A stretch of 63,579 nucleotides of DNA, filler included, from Octopus bimaculoides (Eukaryota): NCBI RefSeq assembly GCF_001194135.2. It is 7 parts of 7 records of this genome, joined end to end, with 100 filler letters (N's around TTAATTAATTAA, not from the genome) between each part and the next. Parts side by side here need not be neighbours in the genome. Positions count along the whole stretch, not along the records: positions 37,878 to 47,224 come from NC_069010.1; positions 47,325 to 57,744 come from NC_068991.1; 5 more parts are not named here. One strand, written 5' to 3'. The notes beneath the pieces were generated by a model that saw only the letters and a list, made by a program, of their open reading frames with translations, was not told where the DNA came from and searched no databases. Positions 40,722 through 50,471 of the stretch are shown in pieces. The position numbers and the translations under genes are program-made. Positions within the stretch are counted from its first letter, which is position 1. Every line of letters begins with the position of its first letter.

Positions 40722-40907
40722 GTGCCACATGGCTCCCTACTCGATGGTGACATTTACGCCGACAGTCTTCTTCTGTATCATAACGATTACCATTGCCTCC
40801 ACAACCACCATACCAGAATTGCTGACAAGATGAGCTAGCTCTATCAAAAAACCATTTGATGGCATGATCTCTGCAAGTGCCACTGTCCTTGTTAGAAGTG
40901 CAGTCAC
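40722..40907 (-). CDS. Ppn: Papilin-like exon P4, Kunitz domain 3
   Basis: [61 protein letters not shown]. Acceptor gttgcacAG and donor GTGAGT. 186 nt, phase 1-1. Confidence 0.9.
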
Positions 40908-41317
40908 CTGTGCAACAACAAAAGATAAACATTATTAGTTAAATTAAGATTTTCATGCACAGATAATGTTTTAGGAAATATAAATGCAATGCAGTTAAAC
41001 GGCAATTTAAAGGATGACAGGTAATGTTCACCTTGGGATAATTAGAACTTAAAATGGAAAGATGGACAAAATGCTGTCAAGGCACAGGGGTTGCTGTGTG
41101 GTAAGTAGCTTGCTTACCAGCCACACATGGTTCTGGGTTCAATCCCACTACATGGTACTATGGGCAAGTATCTACCCTGAAAGGATGAAAGGCAAAGTCG
41201 ACCTCGGTGGAATTTGAACTCAGAACGTAGCGATGGGTGAAATGCTACTGAGCATTTCGCCCGGCATGCTAATGATTCTGCCAGCTCACTGCCTTAATAA
41301 TAATAATAATAATAATC

Positions 41318-42000
41318 ATCATCATCATCGTTTAACGTCCGCTTTCCATGCTAGCATGGGTTGCACGATTTGACTGAGGACTGGTGAAACCAGATGGCTA
41401 CACCAGGCTCCAATCTGATCTGGCAGAGTTTCTACAGCTGGATGCCCTTCCTAACGCCAACCACTCTGAGAGTGTAGTGGGTGCTTTTACGTGCCACCGA
41501 CACGAAGGCCAGTCAGGCGGTACTGGCAACAGCCACGCTCAAAATGGTGTATTTTATGTGCCACCCACACAAGAGCCAGTCCAGGGGCACTGGCAACGAT
41601 CTCGCTCGAAAATCCTTACACATGTCATNNNNNNNNNNCGATTTGACTGAGGACTGGTGAAACCAGATGGCTACACCAGGCTCCAATCTGATCTGGCAGA
41701 GTTTCTACAGCTGGATGCCCTTCCTAACGCCAACCACTCTGAGAGTGTAGTGGGTGCTTTTACGTGCCACCGACACGAAGGCCAGTCAGGCGGTACTGGC
41801 AACAGCCACGCTCAAAATGGTGTATTTTATGTGCCACCCACACAAGAGCCAGTCCAGGGGCACTGGCAACGATCTCGCTCGAAAATCCTTACACATGTCA
41901 TGGGCACAAGTGCCAGAAAGGCGACGCTGGGCACAGGTGCCATCACGATTTCGCTTGCCCCAATAAGTCTTTGCAAGCTGAGTTTCGTGTCCAATGAAGG
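41318..42000 (-). mobile_element. Repeat family F (SINE or LINE 3' end) with (GAT)n tail; 263 bp duplicated by the assembly
   Basis: GGTTGGCGTTAGGAAGGGCATCCAGCTGTAGAAA core. The same family is on + at 49210-49832 and 52615-52785. Confidence 0.7.
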
Positions 42001-42097
42001 AGAATACTAGACTTACAAAGAATGAGTCCTGGGGCCTATTTCTTCAACTGAAAAAACCCCTTTAAGGTGGTATTCCAGCATGGCCACAGTCAAATGA

Positions 42098-42128
<31 letters not shown>

Positions 42129-42180
42129 GACACAGAGGCTTATACACATGCATGTATGATAAGACGGAAGTTATATTTAC

Positions 42181-42657
42181 TTTCTGTTACGTGACGAGGT
42201 TCGCATCCATGGTAGTTTGGTCCATGTGCAGATCGTACTCCATCAGGACAGCATCCATATCGAGAATCGCTACATGTCTGTCTCTCTGGACAGCCAAGTC
42301 TATCTTGGCCTCTGGCTGCTGTTACGCCATCAGCACAACATCCGTATCGTGTACCAGCACATCCGCCTAGTACCAAACGACATCCCTTGTAATCGGGACC
42401 ACGGGCGAACGTGGTTCCATCTGGGCAACAGCCGAATCTGGAATCAGCACAGCCTCTCTCTGGGCATCCATATCTATCGGGGCCACTGGCGGCTGTGACA
42501 CCATCTTCACAACAACCGTATTGGGTAGCTTCACAACCCCTTCGTACAACTCGGCAACCCTCATATTCGGGACCTCGAGCAAATGCCACTCCGTCGGGAC
42601 AACAGCCATATCTGGAAACAGCACAAGTTCTTTCAGGACATCCTTCCTTGTCCGGAC
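42181..42657 (-). CDS. Ppn: Papilin-like exon P3b, end of repeat 1 plus five full Cys-rich repeats (CxxxxYGCCxDGxxxAxGxxxxGC)
   Basis: Lies within ORF 42140-42664. Acceptor tttcttcatgcaAG and donor GTAAAT. 477 nt, phase 1-1. This repeat type with Kunitz domains is characteristic of invertebrate papilin/lacunin/MIG-6. The gene symbol is by domain resemblance only. Confidence 0.88.
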
Positions 42658-43044
42658 CTTGCATGAAGAAACATGAAAAGAAAGAAACAAATTATTATTT
42701 AATAAAATAATAATTCCAGGTGTATATAACTGGAAGTTACATATGATGTGCATTCGAGAAGATTTTTAGGAGATGCAGTTACAACTGTCCTAGATTATTG
42801 TAGATTTAGTACAATAATCCTTCGTCATATCATGGTTCACCTATCACGGTTTATTATTTAACCCTTTTGTTACTGTATTTCTGTTGAGATGCTCTGTGTT
42901 TCTTTCAATTAATTTTAAATATAACAAATTTAGTAAAATAACTTAGTTATCATTCAGCTAGTGTTAGGAACATTAATTGTGACTAAGGTTTGGTGGAAGA
43001 TTTTAATTTAGAACTTTTGAAAACAAGACATTTGTACTACAGAG

Positions 43045-43113
43045 CCAGATCCAGTTTAAGCCAGATCCAGTTTAAGCCAGATCCAGTTTAAGCCAGATCC
43101 AGTTTAAGCCAGA
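43045..43113. repeat. 16-bp tandem repeat CCAGATCCAGTTTAAG x4, inside a possible TTAA-flanked MITE (about 42858-43130)
   Basis: Direct reading. The enclosing sequence starts TTAACCCTTT and ends AAAGAGTTAA. Confidence 0.7.
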
Positions 43114-43643
43114 TTGGTAATGAAAGAGTTAAGCTTACATCGATCCTCTGTAGTGGTGTTTTGCATTTATAATAAAATAAAGATATATAAATTATAAAAA
43201 TAATTAAAAAATACATACAAGACAGTACTGCTTCTACTGTGTGGATTTTCACCTATCACCTATTGTGGGGTGTTGTTAGGATGTTGTGCTAGTATTGTGG
43301 GGTGTTGTAGATCTGTGTAGAGTGAGTGGCAGAGACAGTGTTGTTAGGATGGTGTTGCAGTAGTGTTGTGGGACGGTGTGAGAAAAACCTTAACCAAGGG
43401 AAATAAACCCTGTTTTACATGTTCTTTATTTGTCCCCTCCAGAATAAATTCCAGTTTTAGTATCTAAGTCTGCAATTTTTTTTTATTGTTGTTACTTAGG
43501 GAATTTGTCAGGGAGCAGTTTCTAATTTAAATGTGAGTGGAAACTCTCCTACAAATGGTAAAGAGGATCCACCATCCCTAATGAACAAGCTTCCTCATCA
43601 ATAACAAGCATGCATGAAAAAATATATAAAGCTTTATATTCAC

Positions 43644-43697
43644 CCTGTGCAGCTGTTTGGCGATCATCACAGCATCCATAACGGGTGTCTTGACATC
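43644..43697 (-). CDS. Ppn: Papilin-like mini-exon P3a, first part of Cys-rich repeat 1 (GCQDTRYGCCDDRQTAAQ)
   Basis: Acceptor ttcaacAG and donor GTGAAT. 54 nt, phase 1-1. Splicing to 42657 gives TAAQ-GPDKEGC, which completes the repeat. Confidence 0.85.
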
Positions 43698-43746
43698 CTG
43701 TTGAATAATAATAATTACAACAACAATAATAATAATAATAATAATG

Positions 43747-43789
<43 letters not shown>

Positions 43790-43825
43790 CAATAATAATA
43801 GATGTAAGTTTGCTGTCACTTAATT

Positions 43826-44355
43826 AAATTGGTTTGTTGTCAGTTAATTAAATTGGTTTGTTGTCAGTTAATTAAATTGGTTTGTTGTCAGTTAATTAAA
43901 TTGGTTTGTTGTCAGTTAATTAAATTGGTTAGTTGTCAGTTAATTAAATTGGTTTGTTGTCAGTTAATTAAATTGGTTTGCTGTCAGTTAATTAAATTGG
44001 TTTGTTGTCATTTAATTAAATTGGTTAGTTGTCAGTTAATTAAATTGGTTTGTTGTCAGTTAATAAAATTGGTNNNNNNNNNNTTGTTGTCAGTTAATTA
44101 AATTGGTTAGTTGTCAGTTAATTAAATTGGTTTGTTGTCAGTTAATTAAATTGGTTTGCTGTCAGTTAATTAAATTGGTTTGTTGTCATTTAATTAAATT
44201 GGTCAGTTGTCAGTTAATTAAATTGGTTTGTTGTCAGTTAATTAAATTGGTTTGTTGTCATTTAATTAAATTGGTTAGTTGTCAGTTAATTAAATTGGTT
44301 TGTTGTCAGTTAATTAAATTGGTTTGTTGTCAGTTAAATAAATTGGTTTGTTGTT
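43826..44355. repeat. 24-bp minisatellite TTGGTTTGTTGTCAGTTAATTAAA, about 21 copies, with a 10-N gap inside
   Basis: Direct reading; gives the LVCCQLIK pseudo-ORFs. Confidence 0.95.
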
Positions 44356-44497
44356 ATTTAATGAAAATATATCTGTAAAAGAATTTGACAAATTCAGTAA
44401 ATATAAAGACCTGGAAATTGAAATACAAAAGAAGTGGAATCTTAAAGAAGGAACTGTTCCTGTTTTTGTGGGTGCCCTAGGTATGATAAAAAAGGGA
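44356..44497 (+). mobile_element. R4/Dong-like restriction-like endonuclease fragment
   Basis: ORF 44348-44557 contains NISVKEFDKFSKYKDLEIEIQKKWNLKEGTVPVFVGALGMIKK, matching the K..KY.DL..EI...W....PV..GALG pattern. Confidence 0.7.
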
Positions 44498-44510
44498 TCC
44501 CTTCTGATCT

Positions 44511-44900
44511 TAACTGATTGGAAGTGTTATCATGTACGTTGTTTTGTCTTGGTATAAAAAGATGGCCTACAGCAAATATTCTGCTCAATACCACAGATTT
44601 GCTAATGCCCTGATGCAGTACCAGGCAGTGGCTCTCATGGCTTCTTGTCTTAACTGATTGGAAGTGTTATCATGTACATTGTTTTGTCTTGGTATAAAAA
44701 GATGGCCTACAGCAAATGTTCTGCTCAGTACCACAGATTTGCTAATGCCCTGATGCAGTACCAGGCAATGGCTCTCATGGCTTCTTGTCTTAACTGATTG
44801 GAAGTGTTATCATGTACATTGTTTTGTCTTGGTATAAAAAGATGGCCTACAGCAAATATTCTGCTCAATACCACAGATTTGCTAATGCCCTGATGCAGTA
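44511..44900. repeat. 140-bp tandem repeat, about 2.8 copies
   Basis: TAACTGATTGGAAGTGTTATC starts at 44511, 44651 and 44791. Confidence 0.95.
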
Positions 44901-44963
44901 AACACATAAACACACCACCATCCGTTCTCAAGCGATGTTGGGGTGACAAACACAGACACACAA

Positions 44964-44994
<31 letters not shown>

Positions 44995-45392
44995 CATATA
45001 TACGAAGGAGCTTCTTTCAGTTTCCGTCTACCAAATCCACTCACAAGGCTTTGGTTGGCCCGAGACTATAGTAGAAGACACTTGCCCAAGATGCCATGCA
45101 GTGGGACTGAACCCGGAACCATGTGGTTGGTAAGCAAGCTACTTATTTCATTATTGCCTACAAGGGGCTAAACATAGAGGGAACAAACAAGGAGAGACAA
45201 AGGGATTAAGTCGATTACATCGACCCCAGTATGTAACTGGTACTTAATTTATCGACCCCGAAAGGATGAAAGGCAAAGTCGACCTCGGCGGAATTTGAAC
45301 TCAGAACGTAGCAGCAGACGAAATACTGCTAAATATTTCGCCCGGTGTGCTAACGTTTCTGCCAGCTACTTACCACACAGCCACTCCTGCAC
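44898..45392 (-). mobile_element. SINE family D copy with a family E copy nested at 45145-45363
   Basis: The family D head is split, and AGCTACTT is present at both junctions (45137-45144 and 45364-45371). Confidence 0.75.
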
Positions 45393-45436
45393 CTAATTAA
45401 TTAATTAAAATGTTTAATTAATTAAATCATACAAAC

Positions 45437-45643
45437 CTCGTCTTCTTGTTGTAGGTCTAGCGGTTACTGGTCCCCTGTGATCACGGCAGGCTATCATGCA
45501 ATCTCTTTCGTCATCGAACCTGTTCTTGTTTCCTCCACAACCACCATACCAGAACTGTTTGCACCTTCGAGACTCAGGGTCGTAGCCCCACTTCTGGTCG
45601 TAGTCAGAACAGGTACCACGGTCGTGTTCTAGGGAACAGACAT
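45437..45643 (-). CDS. Ppn: Papilin-like exon P2, Kunitz domain 2
   Basis: [69 protein letters not shown]. Acceptor ccctttttgcAG and donor GTTTGT. 207 nt, phase 1-1. Absent from the ORF track. Confidence 0.9.
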
Positions 45644-46125
45644 CTGCAAAAAGGGAACAGGTGAAGGGGACAGTGGCTTAAAGCATGATGCCTATTTTTT
45701 TACATAATGAAGAAAAAGGGGTTGGAGTGACAGAATTCAGAAAATAAGGAACAGAGGGAATAAAAACAAAATTCCTATTTTCAGTTGTAAAGGATTCAAA
45801 GAAAGGAATGGAAAATACAGAATTCTGAAAACAGGGGACGAGAGAGGAAGACAAATTAATTGGTGGGGATTGAAATTTAAGGTAACATCCCAGCTGTCAT
45901 TTATAAGGAAAGGGCCTGGAATAATAGAATTTACTTTCAAAATAGGGAACAGTCAGATTAAGGCAAATTAGAGGCAGGAAGAACAACTTAGGGTCCCTAT
46001 TTTCATACAAAAAGAAATGAAAGGGTATCATGGCAGAATTCATGAAATAGGGGACAGAAAGAGAAAGATAAATTAGAGGCAAGGACAGTAGCTTAAGGTA
46101 AGGTCTCATGTTTAATAGTTAAAAA

Positions 46126-46295
46126 GCATGTCAGTTAATTAAATTGGTTTGTTGTCAGTTAATTAAATTGGTTTGTTGCCAGTTAATTAAAGTGGTTTGC
46201 TGTCAGTTAATTAAATTGGTTTGTTGTCAGTTAATTAAATTGGTTTGTTGTCAGTTGATTAAATTGGTTTGTTGTGAGTTAATTAAATTGGTTTA
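46126..46295. repeat. Same 24-bp minisatellite, about 7 copies
   Basis: Same unit as 43826-44355. Confidence 0.9.
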
Positions 46296-46475
46296 TTGAG
46301 CGGACAATCCATTCAAAAATTTGGGTTCTGTGAGGAAAATTCGGTAGAAATGTTTAGAACTCACTGTGCTAAAACGTCATGGAAAACAATAAAGCAAAAA
46401 ACAATAAAACAATAAAACAATAAAACAATAAAACAATAAAACAATAAAACAATAAAACAATAAAACAATACTAAC

Positions 46476-46724
46476 CACCTGTAACTGGGGCACGAGTTAC
46501 TTCTGGTGTTGGTCTTCGGGTGCGATGAGTATGAGTGTGGGTGACGGATGGAGTCCTGTAATCCCGACAAGCTACCATGCAGTCCCTTTCCTCGTCGAAT
46601 CTGTTTGTATTTCCTCCACAACCACCATACCAAAATTGCTTGCATCTTCTAGTTTCTGTGTCAAAGGCCCACTTTTGTGCGTAGTCAGAACAGGTGCCAC
46701 GATCTGGTTCTGCAGAGCAGTGTA
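46476..46724 (-). CDS. Ppn: Papilin-like exon P1, Kunitz domain 1 plus Thr/Pro/Arg-rich linker
   Basis: Hand translation: [82 protein letters not shown]. Six Kunitz Cys. Acceptor cctgtttccAG and donor GTTAGT (alternative GT 3 nt upstream, exon end 46479). Phase 1-1. Absent from the ORF track. Confidence 0.88.
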
Positions 46725-47224
46725 CTGGAAACAGGGAAGACAGATGAGACGTGAGTGTCTTTTAGTTTATCTTCTACTTGTCTCAGTCGTTAGACTGTGG
46801 CCATGCAGGGGCAATGCCTCGAAGAGGTTTTAATTGAAGGAATCAGCCCCAGTAGTCATTTTTTTAAAAATGCCTGCTTCTTATTCTATCAGTCTCTTTT
46901 GCTGAACCACTATGTTATGGGGGCATAAACAAACAAATACTGGTTATCAAGAAGTGGTGAGGGACAAACACAGACACAGACACACACAACAAGCTTCTTT
47001 TCAGTTTCCATCTACCAAATCCACTCACAAGCTGGATTGATTTGTTTTCACTTGCCTCAATAGGCCTTCGCAAGCAAAGTTCATTGTCCAATGAATGAGG
47101 GCTACTCATAAGTGGGCCCGTTATACCCCACATTCAGGTGTGCTTTTAACGTTCCACTGGCATGAGCAGCACTGATATAGATGACAGTTTATTCACCACA
47201 CCCTATATATATATATATATATAT

Positions 47225-47324
47225 NNNNNNNNNNNNNNNNNNNNNNNNNNNNNNNNNNNNNNNNNNNNTTAATTAATTAANNNNNNNNNNNNNNNNNNNN
47301 NNNNNNNNNNNNNNNNNNNNNNNN
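47225..47324. other. Synthetic scaffold join (44 N + TTAATTAATTAA + 44 N) between the papilin-like and TRIP11 blocks
   Basis: The identical 100-bp structure is at 22532-22631, 26795-26894, 37778-37877, 57745-57844 and 61751-61850. The 12-mer places stop codons in all six frames. Confidence 0.9.
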
Positions 47325-48139
47325 ATGAACACAGAGGTTGGACGCAAATTAATATTAGCTATTAGGCAAGACCGAGCCACTTTAAGACACTGAAGCATTT
47401 AGCAAGGAGTTTAAACCATGCGCATAATGCATTCTAAAACATTCTGGTATAGTGTTGGAAATTAATTTGAATAGGAAACAATAATGAAGGAATTAATTGG
47501 CAGATAAACAAAGAATTTAATAAATTGTAAGAAGAAAAACAGTGTAAATTGATTTTGTTTTTTATTGTAATTGCTTTTATGTCTTTGTGCATATATATGA
47601 ATGTGTGTGTGTGTGTATGAGTGTGTGTATGCATACATAAATATATGCATATAAATACATTATAGAGTTGCTTCAATTGTATAAACTGAGCTTATTCTAG
47701 TTATGCAGCACCAGAGCAAATCAGCAAATAATATATGCACTATTGCGATATACTTAAGACTAGAGATTTTGATTTCATTTTGGAAGTGAGTTGAGTGCAT
47801 GGTTTTGATAAGCTGCAAGTACAGTGATATATAGCATCTGAAACTCTCAATCGCCCTCAATTTGATTTTGTTCTACCCAACTCAGAAGCATATTGTACTT
47901 TTGTTTAACACGTATTTAAATGGATATTTCCCAGACAAAAAAACTGCAGCTTCTGGTGTCATGTTAAGTATGTAGTATTGTTTATGTTTACACTATAGAG
48001 CTGCTTTAATTCCATGATCTAAAGATATATAGTCTTTTACTCTTTTACTTCTTTCAGACATTTGACTGTGGTCATGCTGGAGCACTGCCTTAAGCTGAAA
48101 CACACACACACAAATTTATATCTATCTATATATGTGTGT

Positions 48140-48365
48140 GTCTGTGTGTATGTACTCTTGCTCTCTTTTACTTGTTTCAGTCATTTGACTGTGGCCATGC
48201 TGGAGCACTGCCTTTAGTCGAGAAAATCGACCCCAGGACTTATTCTTTGCAAACCTAGTACTTATTCGATCGGTCTCTTTTTGCCGAACCGCTAAGTTAC
48301 AGGGACGTAAACACACCAGCATCAGTTGTCAAGCGATGTTGGGGGGGACAAACACAGACACACAA

Positions 48366-48400
<35 letters not shown>

Positions 48401-48572
48401 CATATATACGACGGGCTTTTTTCAGTTTCCGTCTACCAAATCCACTCACAAGGCTTTGGTCGGCCCGAGGCTATAGTAGAAGACACTCGCCCAAGGTGCC
48501 ACGCAGTGGGACTGAACCTGGAACCATGTGGTTGGTAAGCAAGCTACTTACCACACAGCCACTCCTGCGCCT
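48140..48572 (-). mobile_element. SINE family D, full length
   Basis: Reverse complement of 53843-54222. An extra tail fragment lies at 48035-48095. Confidence 0.85.
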
Positions 48573-49209
48573 ATATATAATTACCATAACTAGTTATATA
48601 TGGATGTTAACATTGCATGGTATATTTGAAATTGTTCAATTCCTCTTCTACTTTTCACTCAGACATTGCTGCAACTCAGACAGAGGACATTAACAATATA
48701 AAGGTGAGAACATTGAGGATAGCCATTGAAGCATTGAGAATGTCCAGTAAAATAGGGCATAACTGCAAAATCAATAATCATGCAATTGAGGAAGAGGTCA
48801 TCCCTAAGAACTGGCACAACAGTACCATCATAACCTGCAACAAGGGTAAAAGAGATGTGCTAGAGAGAGAGAGAGAGAGAGAAAGAGGAAACTACAAAGG
48901 CATCAAATTGACAGACCAAGTTAGGGTAGTGACAAAGAGAGATAAAACACAGGAAAAGAATTAGCTTAGATAAGATGCATTTCAGGTTGTTACCAAGAAA
49001 GGGTACTCTCTCCTAGTGAGACAACTACAGAAGAGGCTTTTGGCAAAGAAAAAACAATCCGCTATATCTATCACTCATTGGCCTGAAGAAAGCTTTAGAC
49101 AGAGTACCATGTTCTGTACTCTGCTGGTCACTAAACAAACTAGGTGAAGACAAAAGGCTAGTGAGAGCCATGCAATCCGTGTACAAAGATAGTATTAGCA
49201 ATATGAGAA

Positions 49210-49832
49210 AAAACCGAAATCGTGATGGCACCTGTACCAGTGGAACGCTAAGGGCACCGTCCAAGCGTGATCGTTGCCAGAGCAGCTGTCTGGCTTCCAT
49301 GCCAGTAGCATGTAAATAGCACCATTTGAGCGTGATCGTTACCAGCATTGCCTTCCAGGTACTTGTGCCGGTGGCACATGAAAAGACATTCGAGCGAGGT
49401 CGTTGCCAGTACCACTGGACTGGCTCCTGTGCAGGTGGCACGTAAAATACACCATTTTGAGCATGGCCGTTGCCAGTACTGCCTGACTGGCTTTTGTGCC
49501 GGTGGCACGTAAAAGCACCCACTACACTCTCTGAGTGGTTGGCGTTAGGAAGGGCATCCAGNNNNNNNNNNGACTGGCTCCTGTGCAGGTGGCACGTAAA
49601 ATACACCATTTTGAGCATGGCCGTTGCCAGTACTGCCTGACTGGCTTTTGTGCCGGTGGCACGTAAAAGCACCCACTACACTCTCTGAGTGGTTGGCGTT
49701 AGGAAGGGCATCCAGCTGTAGAAACTCTGCCAATTCAGATTGGAGCCTGGTGTAGCCATCTGGCTCACCAGTCCTCAGTCAAATCGTGCAACCCATGCTA
49801 GCATGGAAAGCGGATGTTAAACGATGATGATG
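49210..49832 (+). mobile_element. Repeat family F inserted into the RTE remnant
   Basis: Reverse complement of 41318-42000. It ends in GATGATGATG, and the RTE reading resumes after it. Confidence 0.7.
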
Positions 49833-50185
49833 AAGAGAGTTAGTAAATTGTTTAGTGAGGAATTTAGTGTGTATGTAGTTGATTGTCAAGGTTTCATTCT
49901 AGGCCCAATCTTGTGTTTATTATATTGTCCAGGTTAAAACAAAAGAGATTAAGATGGGTTGTCTGTGAGGACTTTTGTACGCTGATGACCTTGTTCTTGG
50001 AGTTGATTCTGTTGAATATTGAGATAAGAAATTGCAGGTCTTCAAGTAAAAATAACAAAGGCAATAGTTTTAGTTAGTAGGAAAGAAACAAAGGAGAGAA
50101 AATATTCTATTGCTTCTTGGGAAGAGACCACGTCTGATGTGCAGAAAATGAGTAGGTACGAATTCCATAAGGTGCATCCATTGTA

Positions 50186-50426
50186 CTGTGGGGGAAGATT
50201 GACATGTCAAAGAATAGACCCAACATTTCCTCTGCAAATCGTAAAAGGCAATTAAAAGAAGTTCGGGTAGAATTTGCACTCCAACCTCATAAAACCGTTG
50301 GCAGCAATAACTACCCAAACAAACCCATGGGTTGAGAGGTAGACGCCTGAGTGGTGCATGGGTGTCATCTGCCAGGAGTAGAGAATCTCCAACAAACAGT
50401 GAATGCAGTGATGCACTGTAATACTG

Positions 50427-50468
<42 letters not shown>

Positions 50469-50471
50469 CAC
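50186..50471 (+). mobile_element. 286-bp retro-insert with (ACT)n(ACC)n tail and 8-bp TSD inside the RTE remnant
   Basis: CCATTGTA at 50178-50185 and 50472-50479. The RTE peptide continues across the insert (RCIHC / HCK.GVYKRCSGLTG). Confidence 0.6.

Noticed and set aside
41366-41901. Apparent 263-bp tandem duplication giving twin ORFs 41384-41650 and 41657-42010
   Set aside because: The copies are identical and separated by exactly 10 N, which indicates unmerged overlapping contig ends. The ORFs are antisense repeat sequence.
43829-44378. LVCCQLIK repeat ORFs
   Set aside because: Translation of the intronic 24-bp minisatellite, with no splice or start context.
49418-49715. Apparent 144-bp tandem duplication
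   Set aside because: Identical copies on either side of a 10-N gap; same assembly artefact.
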